Positions 17,343 through 27,432 are shown, counted from the stretch's first letter. The stretch: DNA of 64,000 nt from Lentisphaerota bacterium (GCA_018676675.1 JABHEG010000296.1:14554-78553), one strand, 5' to 3'. Notes: a model not told the origin generated them from the sequence alone. Translations and numbers: made by a program.

Positions 17343-19364
17343 TCACGTCCCGACCACGCGCCCGTCGTTCCACGCGGCCCATGTCGTCTCGTACCAGCTG
17401 TCATCTTCCGGAAGCGGACGGACTGGAACGGCGGCAACCTGGAAGCGCGCGAGGCTTCCGGAAGTGAGGGTGACTTCCAGAATTTCCTCCCGCTTGGAGA
17501 GGTCTTCCGCTCGGTGACGCAGCTCGCTGCCGCGCTTGCTGTCTACCGTGAGCTCGCCTTCAGAATCCAGAACCATATACCCCCCGCGACTCCCACCGCC
17601 ATTCTCGATGTAGTAGACCAACGCCTCGAGGAATGCCACGCTCGTGAGGGCAAGCAGGCGATCTTCGGTGGCCCGGGTCAACTGCTTCGGCGAGGAACAC
17701 GAGATGCCGTTTTCCGCAATGGCTCTGCACAGATCACGGGCTTCCTGGAGCCCCTTTCGAGCTGACGCGAGGTCGCGCACGAAAGCGCCGCAGGCGCTCA
17801 TTCTGGCCTGGATTTGCGGACGTACAGCAGCCAGCTGAAGCGCGCCTTCTCCAGAGCTGAGCCAACCATCAAAGAGGCCGTACAGATCGGCAATCTGGGC
17901 TCCACAGGCACTGAGAAACGTCTGGGCGGTGCAGGGGACGTCGTTGTAGGCGTGCGCGATCATCTGAGCTGCTCGAACGGCCCCGACCTGCCCGCTGTTG
18001 AGGGCACTGCCACCAGGGCGAACGCCGTGCGAACCGTTGAGTTCCCCAACAGCAAACAAGTGAGGAACGCTCGTCTCCCACCAGGAATTGCCTCGCAGGC
18101 CACCGTTGCAGTGCTGGGCACAGACAGCGACCTCCAGAGGTTCGCGGAGGTCAATGCCGTGTTCCGAGTAGAGATCAATGCTCTGCTGGTTCATGTGCTG
18201 AAGTCGTTCGTATGGCGTCTGTTGTGTGGCGCCGGAACGTTCCAGATAAAGACGTGCTTCCTGCCCAAGTTCGGCAAACGAGAAGACACTCATTCCCTCC
18301 GCAGGGGTAGGGTTAGCCATGAAATCCATGAAAACACGCCGGCCTTCCGTGATCTCTCGGTGGACGGCAATGTCAACGAGGGAGGAGCCGCCGTCCTGCA
18401 GACGTTGCGCATGGAAAGGCCACTGATAGCCTTTGAGGAAGATATTGGTGGCCATCGCCCCCATGTCCGCGAAGTAGTCGTGCAGGAAGAAACGTCGGTT
18501 GCTGACACCATCGGGATCGGTACTGAAGTAATCGGGGACAACTTGCTGGTAGGTTCCGGAGAGGTTCCAGCGGAACGCCGTGGAAGCGAGACCGAACTGC
18601 AGTTCGGTGAGATTGTTTCCCGCGGCCCCGACCTCGAAAGCCAAACCGTGCGAACCGATTTGAGCATGTGGCCAAACGCTGATGGCGTACATTTCGCCTG
18701 GGCCGCCGGTAGCAAGCACAACGTTCTCTGCGTTGAAGAGAACGACACCAAGGTCATCGCGGTAGAACTCGTTTCGGTTCAGGCAAACAGCACCAGTAAC
18801 CCGAGTCTGCCCATCCACCTCCCTGGTGAGTAGACGCACGGCTTCATGGTGGTCGAATACAGGAGTCTGGTGGTGCTGGATCTCTTTGAGCAGGCACTCA
18901 TACATGAACTTGGAGGTCTTTGGCCCGGCGGATGTCGCCCTCTGGCGCGGATCATGGTCTGTTTTGTAGCCCACGTAGGCGCCGAACTTGTTATAGGGGA
19001 ACGGAACACCGATTTTGCACAGATCAAAAAAGGCGGGGGCAGATCCGAGGCCCTCTATGTAGGCCAGGTCACCGTGCATCATTCCGCCTTGGAAGAGCGT
19101 CCGCGCAAAGTCCATTGGGCTGTCCGGATCTTCCCCGAAGACACCGAGCTTGTAGTAAGTCTGCTTGTCCGAACCCGAGTTATTGCTCGTGCCGTTTCCT
19201 AAGCGGTCAACGACGATCGCCACATCCGAGACACCGGCGTAATGAAGAGCGTCCGCACATTTGAGGCCGGCAGCTCCCGCCCCAACAACCAGTGTGTTCA
19301 CTGAGACAACCGGTACGCGCACCGTGCGTCCGGCGAGTTCCAACGTCATTGCGTCTCTGCGCAT
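17343..19364 (-). CDS. FAD-binding oxidoreductase (succinate dehydrogenase/fumarate reductase/L-aspartate oxidase flavoprotein-like)
   Basis: Dinucleotide fold VVGAGAAGLKCA, ATGGPG, and FAVGELNGSHGVRPGGSALNSGQV. Start placed at the ATG at 19364, after a GGGAGAG SD. Confidence 0.8.
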   Translation of the reverse strand: MRRDAMTLELAGRTVRVPVVSVNTLVVGAGAAGLKCADALHYAGVSDVAIVVDRLGNGTSNNSGSDKQTYYKLGVFGEDPDSPMDFARTLFQGGMMHGDLAYIEGLGSAPAFFDLCKIGVPFPYNKFGAYVGYKTDHDPRQRATSAGPKTSKFMYECLLKEIQHHQTPVFDHHEAVRLLTREVDGQTRVTGAVCLNRNEFYRDDLGVVLFNAENVVLATGGPGEMYAISVWPHAQIGSHGLAFEVGAAGNNLTELQFGLASTAFRWNLSGTYQQVVPDYFSTDPDGVSNRRFFLHDYFADMGAMATNIFLKGYQWPFHAQRLQDGGSSLVDIAVHREITEGRRVFMDFMANPTPAEGMSVFSFAELGQEARLYLERSGATQQTPYERLQHMNQQSIDLYSEHGIDLREPLEVAVCAQHCNGGLRGNSWWETSVPHLFAVGELNGSHGVRPGGSALNSGQVGAVRAAQMIAHAYNDVPCTAQTFLSACGAQIADLYGLFDGWLSSGEGALQLAAVRPQIQARMSACGAFVRDLASARKGLQEARDLCRAIAENGISCSSPKQLTRATEDRLLALTSVAFLEALVYYIENGGGSRGGYMVLDSEGELTVDSKRGSELRHRAEDLSKREEILEVTLTSGSLARFQVAAVPVRPLPEDDSWYETTWAAWNDGRVVGT

Positions 19365-19708
19365 CAAAGCTCTCCCTTTTTGGCTCATAGCGGCTGAGGA
19401 AGCGCCAGAACTGGGGCGCGGCAACCGGTGAGAGATGTGGTCCGCAAATCTATACCAGATCCGGCTCTGATCAAGATCAGGGGAAGCCGTTGAGCGGCTC
19501 ACGGGGCGGCATCTGAGGTCCTCCATCGGGTCTGCCGGCGACCATGATCACCGCCCGGCCTCTTGCATTCCTTTACAAGAGTCGTTCAACGGCTATTATT
19601 GCGAATCGCGCACGGGGAGTCCCGCGCCCTGTCGTACAGTAGACCGCGTCTCACCGGATCCGTGAGAACGCAAATCGTGCCAGTTTGGCCTGAAGAGAGA
19701 TCAACTCC

Positions 19709-20104
19709 ATGGTCACCGAGATTGTTCTGCTGCTTGGTTTCCTGTGCTTCCTCTGCGTCCGCAACGATTTCATCCGACGCCGACTGGCTTTCGTGGCGGC
19801 AATGCTGTTCTGGGGAGTGGCAAGGCTGCTGACAGAACTCACCTTCAAGATGGAGGCGATGTCAGGGAGTATCACCTACGACTGGGGATCGGTGAGCGCC
19901 TGTATCGCGGCCGTTTGCCTTTTTGGTTGTTTGTTCTCGATGTTTGTCGCCTGTGTGGGGCCCGCTGCGTCCTCGCCGTCTCCTGCAGGCGTGGAGGGGA
20001 CCGAGGCAACTGCAGCCCCGGAGACAGTTCCTCTGCAGACAGCTTCAGAACGGATCCGTAAGTTGGTGGATGAGCCGGAAGATGTGCCCCCGGAGAATGA
20101 GTAA
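19709..20104 (+). CDS. small hypothetical membrane protein
   Basis: Three hydrophobic helices and an acidic tail. The stop overlaps the ATG of the next gene, which suggests translational coupling. Confidence 0.5.
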   Translation: MVTEIVLLLGFLCFLCVRNDFIRRRLAFVAAMLFWGVARLLTELTFKMEAMSGSITYDWGSVSACIAAVCLFGCLFSMFVACVGPAASSPSPAGVEGTEATAAPETVPLQTASERIRKLVDEPEDVPPENE

Positions 20105-21128
20105 CGAGAAGAGCGGAGAACGTGTTTCCATGCCACTGAGAATCTGTGTCATCGGTTGTGGTGGACTCTCTTCCCGAGCCCACGGTCCGTCACTGGCCAA
20201 GTATGCGGCTACCCATCCTGGTACGGAGTTGACCGCCTGCTGCGATCTGGATTCAGCCAAGGCAACCCGGTACCGCCAGGCGAACGGTTTCCTGAGGCAA
20301 TACAACGACTTCCGGGAGATGCTGAACGTGGAAACACCCGACGCAGTCTGTCTGTATGTTCCGGTCACCGAAACGGCCAGGATGTCGATCCAGTTGCTCG
20401 ACCTCGGCGTCCCTGTTCTGCTCGAAAAGCCGCCGGGAATGACCGTTGACGAATGTACGGCCATGATCAACGCTTCTGAGAGCACGGGGACGGCCAACCA
20501 GGTCGCCTTCAATCGCCGCTATACGCCGTTGGTAGCCAGATTGCGCGAGTCCCTGCGAAGCGGATTCGCTGAAAGCGACATTCAGAACATCAGATACGAC
20601 TTCTTCCGGATCAACCGCTGTGATGCCGACTTCTCGACAACCGCGATCCACGGCATCGACACAGTTCGCTTCCTGGCCGGTGTCGACTATGAGGAGATCC
20701 GCTTTACGTATCAGCCCTTCCCTGAGTTGGGACCAACGACGGCCAACATCTACCTCGAGTGCACGTTCCGTTCCGGAGCGACAGCTCAACTCAACTTCTG
20801 CCCCGTCTCGGGCGTGTTGATAGAGAGAGCCACAGTCAATCTCTTCAACCACACGTATTTCCTCGATGTCCCAATCTGGCAGGCTTTTGACTTTCCGGGG
20901 AGATTGCGCCACCTCCACAAGGGGGAAACGGTCGAGGATGTGGAGGGGAGTCAACTGGGTGACGGAACAGAGCTATTCGAACTGTCGGGCTTCTACCACG
21001 AAAATGCAGCATTCCTTGACGACATTCGTGAAGGGCGATCACCGGAAGGTAACATCCGTTCAGGGCTTCAGTCGGTCGCCATCGCAGAGGCGATTCGGAA
21101 CCGGGCGGCGGTGTATCGGCGCTCCTGA
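20097..21128 (+). CDS. Gfo/Idh/MocA family oxidoreductase
   Basis: N-terminal Rossmann motif RICVIGCGGLSSRAH and an EKPP motif (LLEKPPG). Confidence 0.85.
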   Translation: MSNEKSGERVSMPLRICVIGCGGLSSRAHGPSLAKYAATHPGTELTACCDLDSAKATRYRQANGFLRQYNDFREMLNVETPDAVCLYVPVTETARMSIQLLDLGVPVLLEKPPGMTVDECTAMINASESTGTANQVAFNRRYTPLVARLRESLRSGFAESDIQNIRYDFFRINRCDADFSTTAIHGIDTVRFLAGVDYEEIRFTYQPFPELGPTTANIYLECTFRSGATAQLNFCPVSGVLIERATVNLFNHTYFLDVPIWQAFDFPGRLRHLHKGETVEDVEGSQLGDGTELFELSGFYHENAAFLDDIREGRSPEGNIRSGLQSVAIAEAIRNRAAVYRRS

Positions 21129-21134
21129 GCCTTG

Positions 21135-22010
21135 TCAGAAAGGGGTGTCAACGACTGATGCGGCGGTGGCAACGGTTACTCGCCTTCCCAGGGGGTGCCA
21201 GATAGCCGGATCCGTGGCCTGAAAGATGGCCACCGTCGGGATGCCCAAAGCTGCGGCAAGGTGGGAAACGCCGCTGTCGTTCCCAATATAGATCTTCGCT
21301 TCCCGAAGAAGGTGCTCCTGCAGTTCCCGCAGCCCTCCCGGCTGGACGCAACGATACGGAAGCGAGCGCTCCCGCATCGCGGCAACGAAAGGCCCGATCA
21401 GGGCCTCGTCCGCCTCCCCGAACGACGCGATCACCCCACCACCGTTGGCTGCACACCACCGTTCTGCAACTGTGGCGAACGTATCCAGCGGGGCATTCTT
21501 CAATGGACTCCCACTCCCCGGATGCACCCAAAGCTGTTCGCCGCTGGGCCGCTCAGGCCAAAGCGACGCGACCCGCGCCGGATCAACTGGTTGAAGCCCT
21601 GCCTGGAGGAAGAACTGCTCGACCACGTGAGGTGGACTGCTCGGGCGGGGATCTAGCCAGTAGACCCGTTCGAAAGCGAACGCGTCCAACCCTGAAGCCC
21701 AGTGTGGATCATGTCGAGCGAACAGATACAGCGACGCGCCACTGCACAGGGCCTTCATGTCGGGCGTCGAGGCGCCGTCCTGCTGAGTTGGGGCGTAGAG
21801 TTGGGTTGCCGCAACGCTGTCACAATCCAGAAACATGTCATAGCGGCAGCTCGGCGGGACCAAGTCGAGATACCTCCGGCGTGTGACCAGGCAAATCCAT
21901 GAGTGGCGGGTCGAGAGGGCCCGGAGAACTGGCAAGCTGAGGATGAAATCGCCCAGCCCTCCCCGACGAACGAAAATAGCCCGCTCGGCACCATCTCCCG
22001 ATGAAAGCAT
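21135..22010 (-). CDS. glycosyltransferase family 9 (heptosyltransferase-like)
   Basis: RRGGLGDFILSLPVLRAL and GNDSGVSHLAAALGIPTVAIF motifs. Start moved to the ATG at 22010. Confidence 0.85.
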   Translation of the reverse strand: MLSSGDGAERAIFVRRGGLGDFILSLPVLRALSTRHSWICLVTRRRYLDLVPPSCRYDMFLDCDSVAATQLYAPTQQDGASTPDMKALCSGASLYLFARHDPHWASGLDAFAFERVYWLDPRPSSPPHVVEQFFLQAGLQPVDPARVASLWPERPSGEQLWVHPGSGSPLKNAPLDTFATVAERWCAANGGGVIASFGEADEALIGPFVAAMRERSLPYRCVQPGGLRELQEHLLREAKIYIGNDSGVSHLAAALGIPTVAIFQATDPAIWHPLGRRVTVATAASVVDTPF

Positions 22011-22127
22011 GCGGAAACTCCAGTGTTCATGTGTAGACCATCCTGCAAAGGCTGGAACTGGTTCTGTTCCTTGCCGTTGAAAATATGATGACCTCTCATA
22101 CGTTTTACAGGCCTCGGAGGCAGAGTT

Positions 22128-24905
22128 GTGCCGATGTCTCGGCAGCACTCGGTCTGCGGCCATACCAAGGGCACGACTCCTTTGAAGAAACGTTCACCTC
22201 AAGCGACTGGAAACGTCACGGAACGAGCGCTCCGAACTATCCCCTGTTTGTGTCTGTTTCTTGCCTATCCTCTAGCTCTCATCTGTCCCGCCCGGCTGGG
22301 GCAAGTGATCTCGGCGGTGCAGGCACGGGCTCCCATCCTTGCTCCCTTTCTGCCCAGGGACTTCGACTTCCCCGTCACATTCCATGTGGCCCTTCCGGTG
22401 GCCCTCTGGCTCTCGTGCTTCGCCACAGCTTACCTGGCAGTCACCCCAATTCGTGCCTTCGGGGGGCGCCACGGTGGCAGTCGGCAAAACACAATCCAAT
22501 TCTCAGTCCTCCTTGCCGCTTCGTTGACCGCGGTTAGTGCCTGGCTGGGACGGACGCAATCTCTTGCCGACATTCTCATTCTCCTGGGCTTTTTTACCAT
22601 CCCTGTTTTCTATGCCGTCTGCCCCCGGCAGTTGGTCCCGCGCCGTCTCGCTCTCTGCCTCGCTGTGCTGTGGTGTGTACACGTCTTTCATGCCTTGTGG
22701 CAATGGCAAGTTGGATTCGAAGTCGTTGGGCTCGCGGGAAACAGGAACTGGATGAGCACGACGATTGTGGCACTTTGCCCTTGGTGTTGGGTTGCACTGT
22801 CGGGGACAATGCGGCCCCAGCCTAATAGCCGACGGACAATCCAGAGACTTCTCGTGGCAATCCTGCCGTTGGCGCTGTCTCTGTGGGCCGTCGCTGCGGG
22901 GCGTTCTCGGGGAACGTGCCTGGCCCTCGCCGGGTACGCTGTCTTCTTTGCGATCACAAAGTGCTCTTCCCGGCAACGCCAGGGGGTGCTTGCAGCCATC
23001 CTGCTCGCCATGGGGGGGATGGCGGGATGGCTCGGCCGAGCTCAGCTCACCGCCGCGGCTCGGGATGACGTCCGGTTACCACTCTACAGCCAGACTGTCC
23101 GGCTCATCGCCGATTACCCGTTGCTTGGGATCGGTCCGGGCAACTTCACCCGGGAGTTTGTAACCTATCGCTCCCTGACACACAAGCGCCGCCGTCTCGC
23201 GGCTGTGGTAACAGCCCATCCACACAACGAAACTCTCCACCTGGCTGCTCAACTGGGCATCCCCTTGGCGGTGCTATGGTGCCTGGGCCTTGTCTGCCTT
23301 GGCAGACTCCCGAAGTTCCCCATGTTCCGAGCGGCCCATTTTTCCGTGTGGATGATCATGGCGCATGCCCAGTTTGATAAGGTCTTGGTACAACCACCAA
23401 CAGGGCTCATCGGCCTGATTCTGCTCGGCCTCCTGTGGCGGCGACGCGCTCGCTCCCGCGCTTGGAGCACCCGACGCAGCCCCACCTTGCGCCGTCTTGC
23501 CCCGGGTGTCGCACTGTCGGTCATATGCTATGCCCTCGGGGCTTCCGTGCTGTCTCTGCAGGTGGGATGGTCGCTCAGGAAGGCCTTCCTGGCCGAGGAT
23601 GTAGGCAATCGCTTCGCCGAGGAAGGCAAGCTGGACTATGCAGCAAAGCTCTATCACTATGCCTACACAGCTTTCCGACGAACGGCACAGTTGCAGCCCA
23701 GGGACGTCAGGACGCACACCTTCTCCGGCACAATCGCCAATCGCAGACTCCGAAACCGCGAGGTGGCTTTATCTCACCTTTGGCGTGCACATCAGATCGA
23801 CCCCAATTTTGCCCACCTTAACGGGGAGATCGGGATGGCTCTCGGGGCCTTGCGGCGTCATCATGAAGCGTACCCTTTCTTCCGCCGGGAAGTTGAGCTG
23901 TATCCGTTCGATGTAATGCCCAGTCAGAGACTGGTCATATGTGGGTTGATGACAGGGCACGAAGCAGAGATCGTCGAGGCGAACAGCCGCCTGGGGCAGC
24001 TTCGGGACCGGGAGCTTCGCCACGGCCATGGCGAGGAATGGCTTGTTCACACCACGCAAAGTGTTGGTGCGGCGTTAGCTGGGAGCGACTGGACCAAAGC
24101 AGCGGAAATGGCCGGGCAACTGACGGCTCCATTTGGAAAAGCCGCTCTGGAACCGGCGTTTTTCGCGTTGGCTTCGGACGCTGAACTGCCGCCCGGTGCC
24201 CTTCACCAGTCATTCAGCAGCGAGGATGCTGAAGTGTGGGCGTTCATGAACGCCTGTGGCCGCCTGGCAGAGGAAGCTGGAGGGCTCCCGGAGCTGATCG
24301 CAACCTTGGCAACAACACGCTCTCCCTCCGATCAACTGCCTGCCCCCCCCCTGCCCTTGCTGCCCAACACTTGGCCAAAGGAACAGGCAAAGCCTTTCTT
24401 CAGCCATCTTGTCCTGACCTTCGCAGCCCGTCAAGGGAACACCGGCGTGGTCTGGGTCAGGACTGCGTCGGGCGCACTCACCGGGGCAGTCGAGATCGTT
24501 GGTCCGCAACAGCGTTTTGTTGCCAACTTGAACTCCGGCGCTCTTCTACCTAACCTGTCACTAGCCGAGGTCTTACCAGATAATGACCTGAGAGACTCGG
24601 TAGGAGTGGCCCCAACTGACCGAGAAGCTGTGCTCCGCGTCACGCTTGCCGCCTTCCCGTGTCAGTTCTCCTTCCGAACTCAGGCACTGGGGCAACTCCT
24701 CGCTCGCCGTGGCGCTGCTCCGACACCCCGTCTGGGCTGGTCCCCATCCCTGGCTCTTTGGCATACCCGTCACCGACTCCAGGGGGTGGTGTCGCCATCC
24801 GCCCCAGCCGACGCAGTGAAGAACTGCACGTCACTGGCCACGATCGGTTTCGACCCCCTCCCTTTCGAACTGGCAGGCCCCCGTCTTTCGAACGCTTCCC
24901 GGTGA
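22128..24905 (+). CDS. O-antigen ligase (Wzy_C)-like polytopic membrane protein with C-terminal TPR-like region
   Basis: About 10 TM helices, HPHNETLHLAAQLGIPLAV ligase-family motif, and a TPR-like soluble C-terminus. Start could be GTG 22128 or ATG 22134. Confidence 0.8.
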   Translation: MPMSRQHSVCGHTKGTTPLKKRSPQATGNVTERALRTIPCLCLFLAYPLALICPARLGQVISAVQARAPILAPFLPRDFDFPVTFHVALPVALWLSCFATAYLAVTPIRAFGGRHGGSRQNTIQFSVLLAASLTAVSAWLGRTQSLADILILLGFFTIPVFYAVCPRQLVPRRLALCLAVLWCVHVFHALWQWQVGFEVVGLAGNRNWMSTTIVALCPWCWVALSGTMRPQPNSRRTIQRLLVAILPLALSLWAVAAGRSRGTCLALAGYAVFFAITKCSSRQRQGVLAAILLAMGGMAGWLGRAQLTAAARDDVRLPLYSQTVRLIADYPLLGIGPGNFTREFVTYRSLTHKRRRLAAVVTAHPHNETLHLAAQLGIPLAVLWCLGLVCLGRLPKFPMFRAAHFSVWMIMAHAQFDKVLVQPPTGLIGLILLGLLWRRRARSRAWSTRRSPTLRRLAPGVALSVICYALGASVLSLQVGWSLRKAFLAEDVGNRFAEEGKLDYAAKLYHYAYTAFRRTAQLQPRDVRTHTFSGTIANRRLRNREVALSHLWRAHQIDPNFAHLNGEIGMALGALRRHHEAYPFFRREVELYPFDVMPSQRLVICGLMTGHEAEIVEANSRLGQLRDRELRHGHGEEWLVHTTQSVGAALAGSDWTKAAEMAGQLTAPFGKAALEPAFFALASDAELPPGALHQSFSSEDAEVWAFMNACGRLAEEAGGLPELIATLATTRSPSDQLPAPPLPLLPNTWPKEQAKPFFSHLVLTFAARQGNTGVVWVRTASGALTGAVEIVGPQQRFVANLNSGALLPNLSLAEVLPDNDLRDSVGVAPTDREAVLRVTLAAFPCQFSFRTQALGQLLARRGAAPTPRLGWSPSLALWHTRHRLQGVVSPSAPADAVKNCTSLATIGFDPLPFELAGPRLSNASR

Positions 24906-25168
24906 TGTCACCTCCCCGGGCAGACTGGCGCATTCTCCTTCCTGATCCGGCTGCCCGGCGGAATGGTGGCACGCAGGGAATGAAGACCGGTCGGGGACAG
25001 TGAGGATGGCGATACGCAGATAGGTTTTGGGTCTTCCACAGCTTGAAATGGACGCCCTAACTGCTACTCTGATGGCGGTTCCTTCTGGACAACGCACAAT
25101 GCTCGCGTGGGGCTCTTCAAAGGCCATAAACCACGGTGTGCCAAATGGAAACGAGGAGAGAGTCTCAA

Positions 25169-26191
25169 ATGGACTGGTCCAAGTTCGTTGTTGTCGGCGA
25201 AAATCTACACTGCACGCGCATTGTCAAGCGCGGAGGAATAAAGACAACGGAACTCCCTGGTGGGGGTGAGGGCGTTGCGTTCCAGCGTGATGGCGAAAGC
25301 CGTGCACTTCCCGTGCCGGCCAACTGGGAAGAGGTCTCACCTGCGTTCGGTGACGGCAAGATCAAGCACATTGCCCTTGCCCTTTACCAATCACTGCACG
25401 GAGCCCCTGACGAGCAGGCGGCCGGTGCCGATTACCTCTGCTATCTGGCCGAACGTCAGATCGACAACGGCGCCACATTTCTGGATGTCAACGTCGACGA
25501 ATACTCCACGGAATCATCCGTCCAGGGCGAGATGATGGGATACATGGTTGGTTTCCTTTCAGAGCGTTACGACACCCCGCTGAGCATCGATTCGTCAAAG
25601 CCTGAAACACTGGAAATCGGGCTGGCAGCGTGCCGGACAGACATCGCATCCCCGATGATCAATTCAATCAGCCTTGAACGGCCGGATGTGATCGACTTGG
25701 CCAAACAGTACAATGCGGACGCGATCGTTAACGCAGCAGGCCGTGAAGGGATGCCGGCAGACGCCGACGAACGAACGGCGAATTTCCGTGAACTGATCGC
25801 AGCGATTGACGCGACCGGAATGGCGAGAGACAAACTCCATCTCGACCCCCTCGTTCTCCCCATCAGCACAGACCCGATGAATGGTATGCACTTCCTCAAT
25901 GCAACCAGCCAGGCCCGGAGCGAATTCGAAGGGGTTCATCTCAACGGCGGTCTGAGCAATGTCTCGTTCGGGATGCCCAGTCGGAAGCTTCTGAACGTGA
26001 CGTTCGCCTATCTCTGCGTTGAAGCCGGAACGGACGGGGGGATCATCGACCCGGCCGTGATGCCTGCAACGGCAATCGCCTCATTGGACACGGACTCGGA
26101 ACCATTCCGGTTGGCCAAGGCCGTCCTGGTTGGCGAAGATATGTTCGGCATGGAGTACATCACGGCCTTCCGTGACGGGAAGCTCTCCTGA
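25169..26191 (+). CDS. pterin-binding domain protein (methyltetrahydrofolate:corrinoid methyltransferase/AcsE-MetH-like)
   Basis: GAGGAGAG SD. Collinear with MeTr-type motifs: VVGENLH, FLDVNVD, PLSIDSS, PMINSISLE, LHLDPLVLPIS, GLSNVSFGMPSRKLLN. Confidence 0.8.
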   Translation: MDWSKFVVVGENLHCTRIVKRGGIKTTELPGGGEGVAFQRDGESRALPVPANWEEVSPAFGDGKIKHIALALYQSLHGAPDEQAAGADYLCYLAERQIDNGATFLDVNVDEYSTESSVQGEMMGYMVGFLSERYDTPLSIDSSKPETLEIGLAACRTDIASPMINSISLERPDVIDLAKQYNADAIVNAAGREGMPADADERTANFRELIAAIDATGMARDKLHLDPLVLPISTDPMNGMHFLNATSQARSEFEGVHLNGGLSNVSFGMPSRKLLNVTFAYLCVEAGTDGGIIDPAVMPATAIASLDTDSEPFRLAKAVLVGEDMFGMEYITAFRDGKLS

Positions 26192-26222
26192 CCCCCCGCC
26201 TCCCGTGCCATCGTAGATCGCG

Positions 26223-26263
26223 ATCCGCCCGAGCTGTGGTCCGGCTCGGGCGGATTTGTTTCT
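26223..26263 (+). terminator. intrinsic terminator after the pterin-binding gene
   Basis: 12-bp perfect stem ATCCGCCCGAGC / GCTCGGGCGGAT, 9-nt loop, followed by TTGTTTCT. Confidence 0.6.
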
Positions 26264-26348
26264 GATTCACTATGTCCTGGGGAAGACCGGCCCAACCCGG
26301 GGACGTCCCGAGGCACTACAACTCACGATGAAAGTGCGTAACTGAGAC

Positions 26349-27152
26349 ATGAGAGACATCCCCTCCCCAGCTGTTTACCTGGTCGCCAAAACGTCTCTCG
26401 TTCACGACGGCCTGAACGCCTACCTGCGAGACATAGGATCGCCTGACTGGACACCGGACGCCGCAGTCTCGGATGGAGAGAACCTGATCGAGGCGGCGGG
26501 CCGCATGTGCTACCGCAGTTGGCAGGCTTACGACCCTGAGAAGCCCGAAGCTACCAACCCCAATGTCCGGCGAGTCAGAGAGGGGAACGAGGCCTACATT
26601 GGAAACGTGCTCCGCCAAGCCCACGGCTCAATCCTCGAACACGTGAATCTCACCTTCATCTTTCGTGGCGTTTCTCGCGTCGTTACTCATGAACTGGTGC
26701 GACACCGGGTGGGAATGGCCTACAGCCAGGAGAGTCTCCGGTATGTTCGCCTGGACGATCTCCCATTTTGGCTGCCTGAAGCGGCACGGGACGACGACGC
26801 CGTTGAGCGGAAATTCCGCGATGTGGTCGCCTTCCTGGAGTCGGTCCAGACGGATCTGGGGACGCTCTTTGGCATCGAAGACCTCAAGGATTTTACCACC
26901 AAGAAGCATCTGACCTCGATGTTCAGGCGGTTGGCGCCCATGGGGATTGGGACAACGATTATGGTGACCGGCAACCTCCGGTCCTGGCGCCACATCATCG
27001 CGATCCGCACTGCGGGGGCGGCGGAAGAGGAGATCCGCATCGTCGGGAGCCAGGTAGCGGCCATCTGCAAGCGGGAATACCCCCACGCCTTCCAGGACAT
27101 GGAGCAGGACGACGAGACCGGGGAATGGACCTTCGCCAACATGAAGGTCTGA
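26349..27152 (+). CDS. thyX: FAD-dependent thymidylate synthase
   Basis: ThyX signature RHRVGMAYSQESLRYV (RHRxxSxxxxSxRY), plus the HELVRHR context and the LRSWRHIIAIR region. Confidence 0.9.
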   Translation: MRDIPSPAVYLVAKTSLVHDGLNAYLRDIGSPDWTPDAAVSDGENLIEAAGRMCYRSWQAYDPEKPEATNPNVRRVREGNEAYIGNVLRQAHGSILEHVNLTFIFRGVSRVVTHELVRHRVGMAYSQESLRYVRLDDLPFWLPEAARDDDAVERKFRDVVAFLESVQTDLGTLFGIEDLKDFTTKKHLTSMFRRLAPMGIGTTIMVTGNLRSWRHIIAIRTAGAAEEEIRIVGSQVAAICKREYPHAFQDMEQDDETGEWTFANMKV

Positions 27153-27179
27153 CCCGATGGTGTCGGGCGGGAGTCATCT

Positions 27180-27412
27180 ATGCAGAAGGACAATGTTGAC
27201 CTCATCTGCAGTATCGCCGAACTTGCGAGTTGCTTTGAACGCAGCCACAGCATCAAGGAATTCCTCTCCGAGGCGATTGCCACGTCGCCGAACACATGCA
27301 GGCGAGAGTCTGGTCTGTCTATCTCTACGACGAAGAGTTTGCCAACCTGGTTCTGACCGCCACTTCCGGCCTCGACCTCACCGCCATAGGGGCAGTGCGC
27401 TATGTGGGTTGA
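27180..27412 (+). pseudogene. frameshifted, 3'-truncated fragment of a PtsP (EI-Ntr)-type GAF-domain gene
   Basis: GGGAG SD + ATG. Frame 1 reads MQKDNVDLICSIAELASCFERSHSIKEFLSEAIAT. After a 1-nt shift near 27282 the text continues VAEHMQARVWSVYLYDEEFANLVLTATSGLDLTAIGAVRYVG and then stops. Collinear with the E. coli PtsP N-terminus (..EVCSVYLAD....LMATRGL..). Confidence 0.55.
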
Positions 27413-27432
27413 CTGAGAAACGAAACGGGCGG

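Noticed and set aside
17814-18833. 339-aa plus-strand ORF
   Set aside because: Antisense shadow of the FAD-binding oxidoreductase gene.
22713-22721. GGATTCGAA, the reverse complement of a tRNA T-loop motif
   Set aside because: It lies inside the O-antigen-ligase-like CDS (codes ..VGFEV..) and no acceptor or anticodon stems can be built around it. No tRNA was found anywhere in the window.
24906-25168. Possible cobalamin, THF or ZTP riboswitch upstream of the pterin-binding gene
   Set aside because: There are some GGGAA/CCGG stretches, but I could not match the B12 box, GCCACUG or the pfl CCGCCUGGGC core on either strand. This needs an Infernal scan to be sure.
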